This document shows positions 1 through 12,295 of a stretch of 64,000 bases of DNA, piece after piece. Both the position numbers and the translations under genes were made by a program. The DNA lies in assembly GCA_000708835.1 (NCBI GenBank), contig DF237175.1:70931-134930 (forward strand), read 5' to 3'. Position 1 is the first letter of the stretch, and every line of letters begins with the position of its first letter. The notes beneath the pieces were generated by a model. It worked only from the letters and a program-made list of their open reading frames with translations, was not told the origin of the DNA and searched no databases. This DNA comes from Klebsormidium nitens (taxonomy: Eukaryota > Plantae > Klebsormidiophyceae).

Positions 1-230
1 CCTATCTTTGGCCTCGCGAGTCGCCCTCAACCTCTCTTCCCGCTCCTCCCTAGCCTCCTCTTCGAGCTTTTGCTTTGCTGCAGCAACACAGGCCCGCGCA
101 GGCCTGCGACGCGGCAGGAACTCCTCAGGCAGATTGTTGATTAGTGCAGCGGTTGCCGCATCCATACTGCCGCCTTCTGAAGACATGTTTACCCCCAGAG
201 ATGCACTTGCAGCTTGATTGCAGCTAATTG
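1..230 (-). CDS. Partial coding exon of an unidentified protein, running off the window start
   Basis: The minus strand reads open as ...SLGVNMSSEGGSMDAATAALINNLPEEFLPRRRPARACVAAAKQKLEEEAREEREERLRATREAKDR to base 1. Composition is protein-like (charged helix). No family recognised and the upstream boundary is approximate. Confidence 0.35.
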
Positions 231-3200
231 TCTCCTTGGGTAAGGATCAAGCATCAATGCTCTCCTGCAAACAGATAGACTTGGGTAAACGTGCTGCAAA
301 GGTCTGCTCAGCAACCGGATAGCTGGCAATCGAGAAGAACAAGCACAGCCGCTAAAAGCGGAGAAACTATAGGCAGAGTGCAAGTCTTTGCTTGACATGC
401 ATATCCGCAGATGCAGGCGCATATTTCTGCCCCTGTTGATGATGGGAAAAGCATCCTGTACCTTAGATTATCTCATAATTTTCCTGACAAAGCGCCACAT
501 AGATCATGTAACAGATCAGAATGCACCGCAGGCATCCAGCACCTAGACAGGCAACGAGACAACTCCCTAACTTCTGTAGAAGTTTACCCACCTGGAAAAT
601 GGCCGGTCGGACCATCGGAGCAAAACCTGTGTATCTGCCTTGCAAACCCTGTACAAATCCAATCGAGTGTAGGTGCATTGGTCCTTCCCTCCATGCACCC
701 ATGCGTCGCCAGCCTGCTCCGTTCAACCATCTTCCTTTTAAAAGTTTTTGACAGGAACATCATGAGCTGGTTTCGGACTCCCCTGGGGAAGTTCCATTCT
801 TTGGATCATTGACGGCTTCGATGAGCCAGAAGTTATTCAAGATTTTGATTGGGCATCATCAACGGTCAGAAAAGTAGACGGCGCGTTCACATTCACAACG
901 ACCCCTCTTCTTGAATGCAAGCTGCCGCCCCGCCGTGCAGCAAATTCAATGCTGGTGGCGTGAAGAGCGTTCAAGTGTTCATTCATGCTTCTTGGCCTCC
1001 TTCAGGATAATGTGTACTTTTCGCGGGAATAAATCTAGCAGAACGGGGTTTTCTGCAAGAACTGACGAGGAACTCGCTAATGCTGTGCAGAGGCTTTTGA
1101 AGGAATTGAATCTCTTGCTGTTCGAAAATCAGTGGCTGATGCACAGACTCTGGCCACAATCCAGGCGAGAGTAGATTTGCAGATAGCTGCCCGCCGCGGT
1201 CCAGTCTGCAATTTGAGAAGTGGGACAACTGTGAGAGTTGCCAATATGTGCATCTACTGAAGTCGCTATGGCGCTCCCTGAGATTGAGGTGTTGGTGCGT
1301 CATTCAGGTCCGCAAGAGAGGTAAGCACAGTTGCTAAGCTGAAAGGCCGACCAGGGTCTTTTGCAGGATTGCCCTTCTCTGCGGCAAAGTTGCAGGAAGA
1401 AGGTTGTTGTGCTGCCAAAAATGAAGCAGCCATATGTGAGAGTATGGTGTTGATATGTATATGTTTGAAGGATTGTGATGGGTGCCACCTTTAGCGTGCT
1501 GCGTGAACCTTATTCAAGTGCTTCGTTTGACTGCTCATGAAGTTGAGGGAACAGAAAGATGATTGAATCATCTTGAAAGAATCAGAAAAGGAAGTACCAA
1601 TCTTTGCAAGGCGTGTTATAGTTGGTGGTATAAATTGGAACTTTAGTGTGAAAGAAACCATTTTGTGTACGCTGTGCAGTGAGCAATCTGCATCCTTGCA
1701 GCGGCTACCCGTGCGCATTGGTGAGACTGTGGCAGGGCTGAAAGCTCTGGGACTATTATCGGAAGGTGTAAAATTGGGGCCAGATGGCGGTGCCACGCTT
1801 TTTTCTAATGGAGTGGAGGTAATTCACGAACTTCTCAGTATCGAAGGTCGCGCACTTTTCCTTCTTTTCATACAGGTTAAATAGCTTGTCCTTGTCCTCA
1901 CGATTTTACATGTGCCCCGCAATTGAGTTGGCAGGACTCCCACTGGGTACAAGAAACTATCTTAATGAACCCACATGAAAAGTGGTAACCTGAAGAAAAG
2001 CTAGTCAGAAGCTGGTGTTAGCCTGAGCTTTGTGGCAACTCCCTTTTTGATCAAGGATACAAAGGAGTGCTTGTGGCAGAGGCGTCTAATCTGTTTGTAT
2101 GCCCTGAAGTTTCACTGATTCTTTGGCAGCTTGCTGACGCATCAACTCTAGACCAATGTGGAGTCCACGCAGCCACTGGGGAAGAGAGGTGAGGTTTCAC
2201 TGCGTCAGCTTTTGTTCACTGCATCCTTTTCAAACGAAACCTGACGGCTCGTGAATCGCTGAAGGATTCTGATGCAATGGAACGATTCAAGTAAGGGATA
2301 AGCGAAACACGGCCCTTGATTTGATCCGTTTTGTTAAGCTATGTGCTAGCGGCAACGTGGGATACAAGAAGCGTCTGCTGGGGTCCGATCCTTGAGGATT
2401 CATAAATCTCGAAAACTCCAGCTCATCACAAGACGTACGATATCTTGAACTTTGTGCAGTTGGGCTCCAGACTTCATCTACCCCAACGGTTGGCAGCAGA
2501 TGTCCCACAGGAAGGCCACTGCAAAGGTGAGTTAAGCTGGTCAAGCTTTGTTACAGGCCAAAGGTACATTTTCCCCGTCCCATTGAGGTTGCTCAGCCCG
2601 CCAGGTTGACACGAAAGAAGTTTGGAAGTTTACTCGCAAAGGACTTTCCACTTGGCAATGTTCTCGAAGTTTCAGGTGTAGGCAAGGTGTTCCACGTCTA
2701 GGCACTCGAGCAGATCTCATGAGCTTCTACAGAAGCTTTTTGTTGCTTCTTGCTCCGATCGCTGTTCCTGAGGTTGACATCTTTTTGTGCAGGCCAGGGG
2801 TGTTCCTGATCAATGGTCGAGGATTTCGGGGTCCAAGTACGGCTGGGGTTCGTTAGGAATGTTGAGGATGCAGAAGTGGACACTTAACCGGCTATTTTCT
2901 CCTTGGCTTATGCTTATTGGAATGATACTGCTGGCCAACTTGGCTTGAGGACGTAGTCGACATGCAATGGAAGCGGCCGCTCATTGCATGTACCATACGA
3001 GTGTTGCACTAAGTTGTAATCACCATAGTACATTCCAGTTGAATGGTCGCCCATAATCACTAAGTAGGCTCACAAGGTTGAATAATTGTGTAGCACATGC
3101 AGGCGACGGTTCCGCCGCAGTGAATCGGAAATCAGTATAGTGCCTGCACTGCACATGAGGGTCATGTCATTCACATAATTCGGGGAGCTGGATATAGCCT

Positions 3201-3811
3201 GATCCCATGCACATTGCGCGGTCATGGACCCGGCCCCTGCCATGGTACGTGGCGGCGGGCGCGGCCATGGCCCATGACCCCTTTTTCCTATACTGGCCCG
3301 GCCCCAGCTCCGCTCAGGTGACGGTTCGAGAAGCTTCAAAACCCGAGGTAGTGGCGTGCCCAGTTGTCAGGTTGCAACAAGCATGTATTCAATCACGTTC
3401 TATAGAGGTTTCGTTCTCAGGAAATGTGAGAAAAGAAGACACGTTACATGTTCGAGGACCTAGGTCGGCGTGTGCGTGCGATTGCTCAACAAGTACGGTA
3501 GATGTAACGACTCTAGCTCTCAACTTAGATTAGGCTTAATAAAGCTTACAGTCATGCTAAATCCGTGCCGTAACGACAGTACAGTGTCAACGCCGTGCAA
3601 CGAGACCCTTCCAAGTGTCGTTCGAATATACGGATCTGACTGACATTTCTACCTGCTTTGGCTGACCTTCGAGGCCGGCTAGAGGTTGCGAGCCTAGGTC
3701 TGCGCAGAAGATGCGATAGGCCCACCGGGGTTCCTCCCATGTGCTGACTAGGCGGACTGGAACTCTTACCTATCTTCTTCTGAGAAGTGCCATATCCATG
3801 AAGGTCTGGAA

Positions 3812-6800
3812 CTAATAGAACACGAAATCGGGCCCAACCTCCTCTTCCCGGGCGTAGATGTCTTGACAGACTTGCTCGGCCCCGTTCATCCGCCTGATGA
3901 AGCCGATGTGCAACGTGAAGGTTGACCACAGATTGCCGACGAACAGCCTCCCCTGAGAGCAGACGGCCTGCATCGAACGAAAACGTCCCCGATCAGACTT
4001 TCTCAATCGTTCTTCAATGGTTTGCCCCCTGCATGAATGCGCCAAAGCCCCCTCGACAGCAAACGAAGACCGTTACAGCTCGTCATTACGCCCCTGAGGT
4101 AATAAAGCTGACCGTTGAGGACACGATGTCAATACTTCGTCGGTTCAGGAAGTGTTCCGATGGGTAGTTCTTGAACAGAAGCGGTGTGACAAATTGCAAA
4201 ATCAGTTTTGGTTTGACCGGAATACTCCCCGTGCGGAAGAACCCACCTGGTCAATCTGCCCGAGCCGCATCGTTTCCTCCCCGTTCTCGTTGGTCACGTG
4301 ATTCCAGCCCCAGGCGGGGAAGAAGTCCCCCAGGAAGTGCACCTCCTTGTACCCGCCGTGGCTGAAGAGCACCCGGGTCTCCTCAATGGAGGCATCTGTA
4401 CTGATGTACAGCACTTCCTCGGGGGGCAGGTACACCTTGAGCAGGTCCACGATCTGCACAAACACGGGGTCCAATGATTCAGGGAACAGTAAGCCGGGGG
4501 GACAGTAACTGGGACGAGTGGGACTCGAGAGGGTTAGGGTGGTTATGAGAAGTCAATGGCCAGCTTTAACGAAAGTGCGACACAGGCGCTGCCTTTAGGA
4601 GGTCCGCTGTCTGGAAGGGGCAGAGTCCTCTACATTGGGCAGTCTATTCTTCTATGATGGGGACTACTTTTCACCTGGACGGTTATCTTTCGACCAGAAT
4701 CCCGGTCTCGAACAAGGATAACTATCAACGTACGCGTGTCGTCGCCTTGACCTAAAGGAAGTACAATTGTCCTGCATCCAAAGCGAAGCAACAGCTTATG
4801 AAATAGGTCCCACTTCTGAGCAGCAAACGCCCGGCCGATAATGCAGAGGAGCTGGATCACCGCCCGCTTTTATATCCGACATGGTAGCGAGCGCGCTGGC
4901 AGCGGGCAGGCCTCACCTCCTCCATCGACTTTTCGTACTTTGGGTGCAGCGTCAGGAACGTGTCGCCCCGACGTAGATGGAAGCAGTTGTACGTGTTACT
5001 CGGAGTCATCTGCACATGGCGCCCGGTCCTTTCAATGAGTGAACACTCCCTCCTGGAAAAGTATTTCACAACGCCACGAATGCAGAGTCTTCGAACCCAA
5101 TTTCATTTTCATTTCAAAGAGGATATGTCGAGCGCTGCAACTTTTTAGTGTCCTTGCTTAATCGCAAAAGCTAAGCCGTGAGGGGCCGTTTACCCGTCGG
5201 AAAAGATTTTTGGGTTCTCCGGCCTCTAAGCTATCAAGGAAATCTGTTTACTGGCATGGTCTTCCGTGCTTCGGGGGTGAGAGAGCCCGGCAGTAAGAGC
5301 GCAAGAAGCGAAGCAGACTGCGCAGACACACTTCGATGAATCTCTCTGTGGCTGCAGTGCAGCGCCGGTTTGTTTTTACATACCTACGCCTCACATAAGA
5401 ATCCTCCAATTTCCCATTCTTCAGGCTGGACGCCTAAAGTAATGACACCCTGCATCAAGGAAGCAGAGCGCTCACCTCTCTTAACGCATCGACTGTCTGA
5501 TTCCGCAAAGCGGCCGTAACCGGATGCGGCGCCAATCCCCTGTAAACCCTCTGATCGAATGCGAGCTGCTTTGCCGCGTCTTTGAACTGTCCGAACCGGC
5601 GGAAGGCCGAATAGAAGACGAGGAGAGGGTCCGAATTGCTGCCGAACCACTCCGTGACCTCCTCTTCGGTCGCGCCGAAGTGGTACCTGCACGTTACGGA
5701 GTCCGCTTTCAGAGACTCGGTGTGCATGATATGTTTAATCAACTTACGTCAGCAGTCTGTCGTAGGCCCTAGGGCTTCATCAGATTCTCCGTAGCTGTCG
5801 CATCGTCGGTTTCGGCAGAGGAGCTCGGGTCTATCACATCCAGAGCGCTAGTAGGGTACTTCCGAGTTCCATCCAGACTTTGTGTGACGGCCGAGTTAAT
5901 GTTTGAAGGGGCGTCAGCTTATTAGAACGACTTCGAGGCACGAATTAACCAGGCCTGCAACTTCAGAGCCTCCCACGTGGGGGTCAAACGACTCGCATGC
6001 GAGGGACAACGTCAAAGTCGACACGGCCTTTTGACGTGATCCGAGGGAAAGATACATGTGTGCTTTAGCGTCCCAATAGTGAACACATGGAATTGCCGAA
6101 AGGCGCAAAGAGAGGCTGGTGTCGTTCTGCGAAAGGTCGATATTAGAGAGCCTCACCGAGAGGCCTTGAAGTTTTTCAGTCGTCCCAACCATGGCGCATC
6201 CGGAGGCGGCTTCGGGTCGGTGCTGATGTCGATGTTTTGAATGGGGAGCTGCGCATGGAGCGGACGAAGAAACTTTCAGACGTCGACGAGTAAACCTTCA
6301 ATATTTTTGTAGTCAATCCGCATTCAGCATGAGTGATTCGAGCTGAACCGGATCAACAATGGTGATGAGATGAGTAAGTGCTATACTGCTGCTTGGCCGG
6401 ACGTTAAACCTCAAACCGAAGGTGATTTGCGGCGATGTTAGGTGCATCACGATTGAGTGAGAGCATAAACTGGGCGTTCCAGGACAGAGGGTCCGAGGCG
6501 CTCGGTGAGGAAGTAAGGCCTGGTTTCGAAGAGGAAAAGGAGACTACGAGCATTTGTAGGGATTGTCCGATGCGTTGCACAGGGGCCTGATTGCCTCTGC
6601 AGGCTAAAATCAACGCTCGATATGATCGGACGACATAGATCCTATGCATCGGCAGACTGCCTGATACGCAACTTGATAACATCCTCAATTGCTAGCAGTA
6701 TTCTATTAGGGCAGGTAAAGGGACGTGATCCTTCGAAAGCACCCGTACTTCCAGTCACCTCGCAATCAGAATGACACTAAGCATACCACACTGCATTATG

Positions 6801-9137
6801 AGAGGCACTGCCCGCCTTCTCTCACCTTCTCCCAGTCCGGGAACAGCACCTCCAGCATGCTCCCGGGAAGCGTGTCCGGGAACTCCGCCTCAAACCCATC
6901 ATAATCAAAGAAGTAGTCCAGCAGCACCGGCGTCGCTTGCTTATGCTCCCGGTAGAACCTCGGTAGGACAAGCGTGCGCCCCATATACTCGGCCATCGCA
7001 AGCGCCGTCCGCAGCTCCTGCCGCTGGTTGTTCAGCCCGTTGTGCTCCAACTCCTCAAAATAATACATGAACCCCCGGCCCCCGTTGCACGCGCCCCCCT
7101 CGGCTTTCAGCCCCCTCCGCCTGCGCCTCTGCTGTTTCCCCCCCTGCTCCGCCATCTGCTGTAGCTGCGCCCCCTGGCTTCGAAGACATGTCACCAGCGC
7201 TCTGTCGGCGGACCACAACCTCGCCTCCCGGAACCGGTACCTGACATTTCGGGGGGAGAACGACCCCCCCGAGACGTCAAACGCGCCTGCCAAAAAATCG
7301 CCCCCAGTGGGGGGTTCTGGCTGCACCTCCGCAAGGCCATCCCAGAACCGCCCTCGATTGATGGACTCCCATGTCAACCCCCCTCCAAGCGAAACTTTGC
7401 CCGGGAGCGGGTCGCTTCCCCCACCGTCTGCAAGCTTCAGCACAGCATTCAGCACCTCCTCTTCCTTGACCCCCGGGTACGAGGTCACCGCCTCCGCCAT
7501 TGTCCTCAGAAACGCGAGCGTGTTTTTGGACGGCCGCAGAAAGGCCACCGACGTGCCCGCCCCTAGTTGATCCCCCTCTTGCAACCTCCTCCTGCTCCCT
7601 CCCCTACCTGACTCCTGCAACTTTCTCGTGCTTTTCAAGGGGCCCCCTGGTACAGCCACAGCTGCTGGCCTCTGCTGTATCAACTGCAAGCTTTGCCCCG
7701 CCCCAAGCGCATCCCAGGGCTTCCGCAGCCAGACCATCTCAAGCGAAGAGAAGACAACCGTGTACCCCAGATCAACAGCTTCTGTCAGCAGCTGATACTT
7801 GGCCTCGGTGCGTGGGACACTTCCGTTAAAGAACGGATACACATAGCCGTAACCAATTTCCTGCATGCGAGTTGTCAAAGTGAGACATGACTGGTACGAG
7901 GCCAGGGGAGTGGAAGAGTCTGCCGCACTGAAGCTGATTGGACCCTGATTTTTGATAAGCTCAAAGTCCCTACCAAATAAGCTCAACCAAAGTGTCTGAT
8001 TTAGAAACATTCGGATGCTTGGCATGCCAAGCAAAGGCAAATGATCAAGTGAACCAACTTGCAAAGAGGCACTTATAATGCAACAACAGGCGCACGGCCT
8101 CCTTTCAAAATCAGCCCCCTGCCAAGTTACCCCAATGTCAGTAAGTCTCACCGCAGCTTTTGATGCTGTTGCAGAGTCAAGCGCCACCAGGAGCAGATTC
8201 TCAACGAACGCCGCATCTTTTGCAAAGTAGAAAAAGTTTGCCAAGAGGTCGTACTCTTCCACCAGGTAATCACTCTTTCCAGCCAACACGATTGCAACCT
8301 GTTGCAAAGGACGTTTGCAGCAGTCAGAAGTCACTTGAGCAGAAAAGTTGCTTGCTTGCGGTGACACAATCATGCAATGAGCTAGTACTTCAAAAAATTG
8401 CAGGCTACTGCTAGAAGAAGCATTGTAAATTGAAGATGACGGACGTCAGAAGTGAAAGCATCAATACCAAATCATAAAGCACAAGCTCAACGGTCTGCTC
8501 AGGCCTGGACCAAGACACCACAGAGGTTGCAACAGCACAAACTCCTCACCTCTTTATTCTGCGAGGCGGCACCTTCCAGAAAAACATTAAGCACTTGTAG
8601 CTGCTCACTGGTCAGCCAGTGTCGATGTGACATTTGTGCATCTTCCCTGCTGCAAAAGAAAGATAGCAAACTTGGGTCAAATGGGTCCAAAATCGAAGTG
8701 CGCAAAGGCGTTTCCAATAAACAATGGTGAGATTCATCTGGTTTGCGAAGCACTGCTCCCACTGCTTCTCAGAGTGAGAAGCTCCTTCACTAAACTGCAC
8801 GTCAGGAGCTGTTGAGAAAAGAGCTATGAGCTTTTCTGCAGCCAGACTTGTGAGCTGGACGAAAATGCGCCCAGAAATTGGTCCAGATTGCAAGCTACAA
8901 GATTGCAGGGTGCATGCAGAACTCTCTCTGCTGACATGGGCCAATCACAATAACACTGCACAATTTTGCTCTCAAAGACAGCGCCTACCTGAGAGAAAGC
9001 CTGAAAGACTGCTGCAGGAAGAGACATGGCATCAGGGATCCCAGGAGGATGACAAGGAAAACCAGCCCTCGCCGGCGTGTCCCACAATCATCCCACCGCT
9101 TGGTGGCACCATGTCGTAACGGAGAAAATCTGGTCAT
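3812..9137 (-). CDS. Multi-exon type II membrane glycosyltransferase: nucleotide-diphospho-sugar transferase (GT77-like) domain fused to an O-fucosyltransferase-like domain
   Basis: ATG 9137 gives MTRFSPLRH...RRRGLVFLVILLGSLMPCLFL (signal anchor). The large exon in ORF 6796-8373 has ENLLLVALD, KYQLLTEAVDLGYTVVFSSLEMVWLRKPW and then GLNNQRQELRTALAMAEYMGRTLVLP. Later exons give YNCFHLRRGD (~4970), LYISTD (~4410), QIDQ and AVCSQGRLFVGNLWSTFT, with the stop at 3812. These are O-FucT/GT-B motifs in the expected order. Internal exon boundaries are only partly resolved. Confidence 0.75.
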
Positions 9138-10787
9138 CTTCCCCAAACAAACACAGATGCTAGACCAGGTAGTCTTGGTCTAAATAAACATCTGTAAACT
9201 CCCACTGGGGATGGGCGCAAGTCGCGCCAACTCATTGAAAGAACTTGATCTCATTAGACCAATCAAGGGTGTCACATTACAGATCTAGCACACCCCTTAG
9301 TGCTTTGCAGCATTACAAACTTAAAGGTATTCCCTTGGGCCCAACTTCTTATCATAAACTTAGTTGAGATTAGTGGCTGTTTACAACCGGTGCAGGAGCG
9401 GGTGCGGGCAAGTGTAGGATACAACAGACAAAACGCTTTAGAGGAACCCTTGTGGATGAAGCGGGGGATGAAGCACTGAATTCAGATCCAGTGTGCTCAG
9501 GAAGGAACGTATCCTGTACCAAATTTGCGCCTCATCACAGTATCATCTGAGTATGCTGTCACTGTTGACAATTGGCAACAGTGGGCGAACGAAGGCCTCA
9601 CAAAATGCCGTCATAGCGCCCCAGAAAAGCTTGTCCCAGAACTCGCCCACTTCTAAGTTCTGATCTGAAATGAGTTGACCAGCATTCACGGGATCCTGGC
9701 CAGTAACGATGAATCCCGGCGGTCCAAACTGTCAGCATTAAATGTTGGACGGTGCGATGAGCTTGGAATCTTTGCTTATTCTGCCCGTCAAATGGAGTTC
9801 TTCACAATCGACGGTTCGAGTGTCGTCCCTGTAAAATTAGGGTTTGAGAACTTAGAAAGCTGTACACATAGGTACCTGCCTAAAAATTCAATGCTATAGG
9901 CTGTGGGTATAGCTAAAGAACTTGTGGGAGAGAGCTAGTAGCGCCTTTCTTGCCGTTCGCATTGGCATCGATTGGCATCTTTTCGGGTGTTCCGAAGCTC
10001 ACAGGCGTTTGGATGATCGTCTTTCTATCTAGAACTGACTCTCGCTTCATGGGGTCTAGCTAATGACAGCAAGAGCTTGACTTATGGCCGGCACAGAACT
10101 CATTTGCATGGTGGCATCATTGCTCAGCTAAATTTTACCAAGTTGTAAGCACCAAAGCAGCAGCCTTGTACGGAAAATAAGTAGCTCTGCTGGAGCCCGC
10201 TAGCGTTCCTGTGTCATCTGCTTGTTCTGCAGCAGTGTGAAAAGGTTCTGGTAGCGCCAAGCATGTCTCGACAACCTGCTCTGAGGTAAGTAATGAAACG
10301 ACATTGAGGAGGACCTTGATTTTCGTACCACTCAGTAATCCTTCGCAATTGGCAAAGTGCACTGCAGCTTTTCATCTTTCAATGCCAAGATTGACATGGC
10401 ACTGTTGCCCTTGTCTTGTTGCATTGCTTTTCAACTGTGAGGACTTTGTCACACGCCCCTCTCAGCAGAATCAGAATGATGAAGGAACGAGAGAAATGAT
10501 GGGCTGCATCAGGCATGGCAAAGGAAACGGTGTTGCATATGTTTCAGGATATCCTTGATGTTCCTGATTCATTGTAAAGTCTCTGGGGAGTTATGAATGG
10601 AGGCTCGTATTTTGGTGTGCGTCAATGTGCTTGCCTGGGATCAATCATCTAGAAAGTTGCTAGTGATAAGTTTTGCTGGCACTCATACATTTCTAGTGAA
10701 AGGAAAGGGACCCAATGAAAGTGTCAGGTATCTGTGGTCTTTCGTACTGATCCTCCTTGTACTGACTTTGGTCTTGAAAGATCTCAG

Positions 10788-11709
10788 GGCTGCCGACTCT
10801 CATGTTCAAAATGAGGCCTACCTGGCAAGGCTGGGGGAGGCGATGGCACAACTGGAGATGGCATGGATCTCTGAGAAGCCAACTGCTGTTGCCCCCTGCT
10901 TGGATACGCCATCGTCAACTCAAGACAGGGAGTCGAAATTGAGGCTCCTGAAGGGGAAGCTCAGACGGAGAAGCAGTGGGGGGGAGGCAGCCTCCGAGAG
11001 TGGGGCCGACAGCCAGGCTGATGACAGTACTGGATGCAAAGTCAGGGAAGATCCAGAACCCTCAAAGGCTCGGTTAAGAAGTCGGTCGGAAAACGTACAG
11101 GACGGATTACCCTCAAAAACCTGGTTAAGGAGTGGGTTAGAAAGTGGTACAGCCACTGGTAGGGAGCAGAATGGGAGCTCATCGGTTGTGGGGCAGCTTG
11201 CCAGGACGGACTCAGGGCCCAGACTAGTTGCCGAGACAAACAGGGCGCCTCGGAGAAGCGGCTCTGAGTTCGATCTTAACGGGAGGCGGGTTAGCGGGGG
11301 TGCTACAAAGTCGGAACAAGACCTGAAACCTGGATTGCAACCAGTGCCTCGTGACAGTTCTTCCCACTCAACTTCTCACTCTGGCAGAAACTCAGTTGTA
11401 AAGGGACCCGTCATTTCTAAGCAACCAGATTATCAGAGCTTCCCAGCGAAGAAAGGTGCGAGGAGCGGTGTTTCAGCAGGAGCTTTGGAACATGGTTTGG
11501 AAGGAACTCTAGCCGGCGACGAGCCGTCCACCAGTCATGCATCGCTCTGTCCCGGTCCCCATTCATCCTGTCCGGGTGTGTCGGATGACCAACGGTGGAA
11601 CAAAGGCCCAATGGACGAGGCGGGAAGAGTAACGAAGCTCTCCGAGCTACCGGTGAGCAGACCGTTAGATAGTCACTCCCGTTCTCCAGCCAAGAAGCTC
11701 CAAACAAGT
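10788..11709 (+). CDS. Large low-complexity Ser/Gly/Arg-rich exon, probably the N-terminal part of the downstream WD40 gene
   Basis: Open frame inside ORF 10597-11814 after an AG at 10786-87. Candidate GT donor near 11710. Same strand as, and just upstream of, the WD40 exons. The splice link was not demonstrated. Confidence 0.45.
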
Positions 11710-12295
11710 AATTTGATTGGCAGAAAGCATTCTAATGAGGCTAACAGGGCTCCCCTTGTCTTTCACATAATGAGGAAGCACTTTCTTTTGCCCGTTCGTC
11801 TGCCGTTCGATTAACGTTCTACTCAACCTGCGGGGGAAAATGCGTCAGTCTTCCTTGAACATCATTACAAAACATGCGAGTCAACAAGACGAGAACCCGT
11901 TAACCATGTTCCTTGATCACCATTGCAAGGATCATGGTGGATGCGCTTTTCCTCCCCGACCTCTTTGCCTGATCTACAGCCGAAGCCATGTCTACTTCGT
12001 TTTGCCTTCTCGAGCCCTCCTTTTCTGAGAACCCTCCCTTTCTGTCCATGTCGTATATGACACCACCTTCACGTAGCTTAGAAATTTGTTAAGAGAGAAC
12101 CCTCTTGAATCTTTCTTTGATAGACGCTTCCACCCCAGCCATCGGCCCATCATTCTTCATACTTCATGTTTCACATCGGCCACTCTTTGGAATTCAATCT
12201 TCCACCCCATTCAATCGCAAACCTTCTTTTGCAGACCCCATTTGCAAACCTGTCTGCAAAGCCCAATCGCAAACCCTCTTTTTTTTACCCCGCAG

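Noticed and set aside
1750-2883. Apparent long minus-strand frame broken by stops (possible decayed transposase)
   Set aside because: The stop density is not clearly below chance and no recognisable motif was found.
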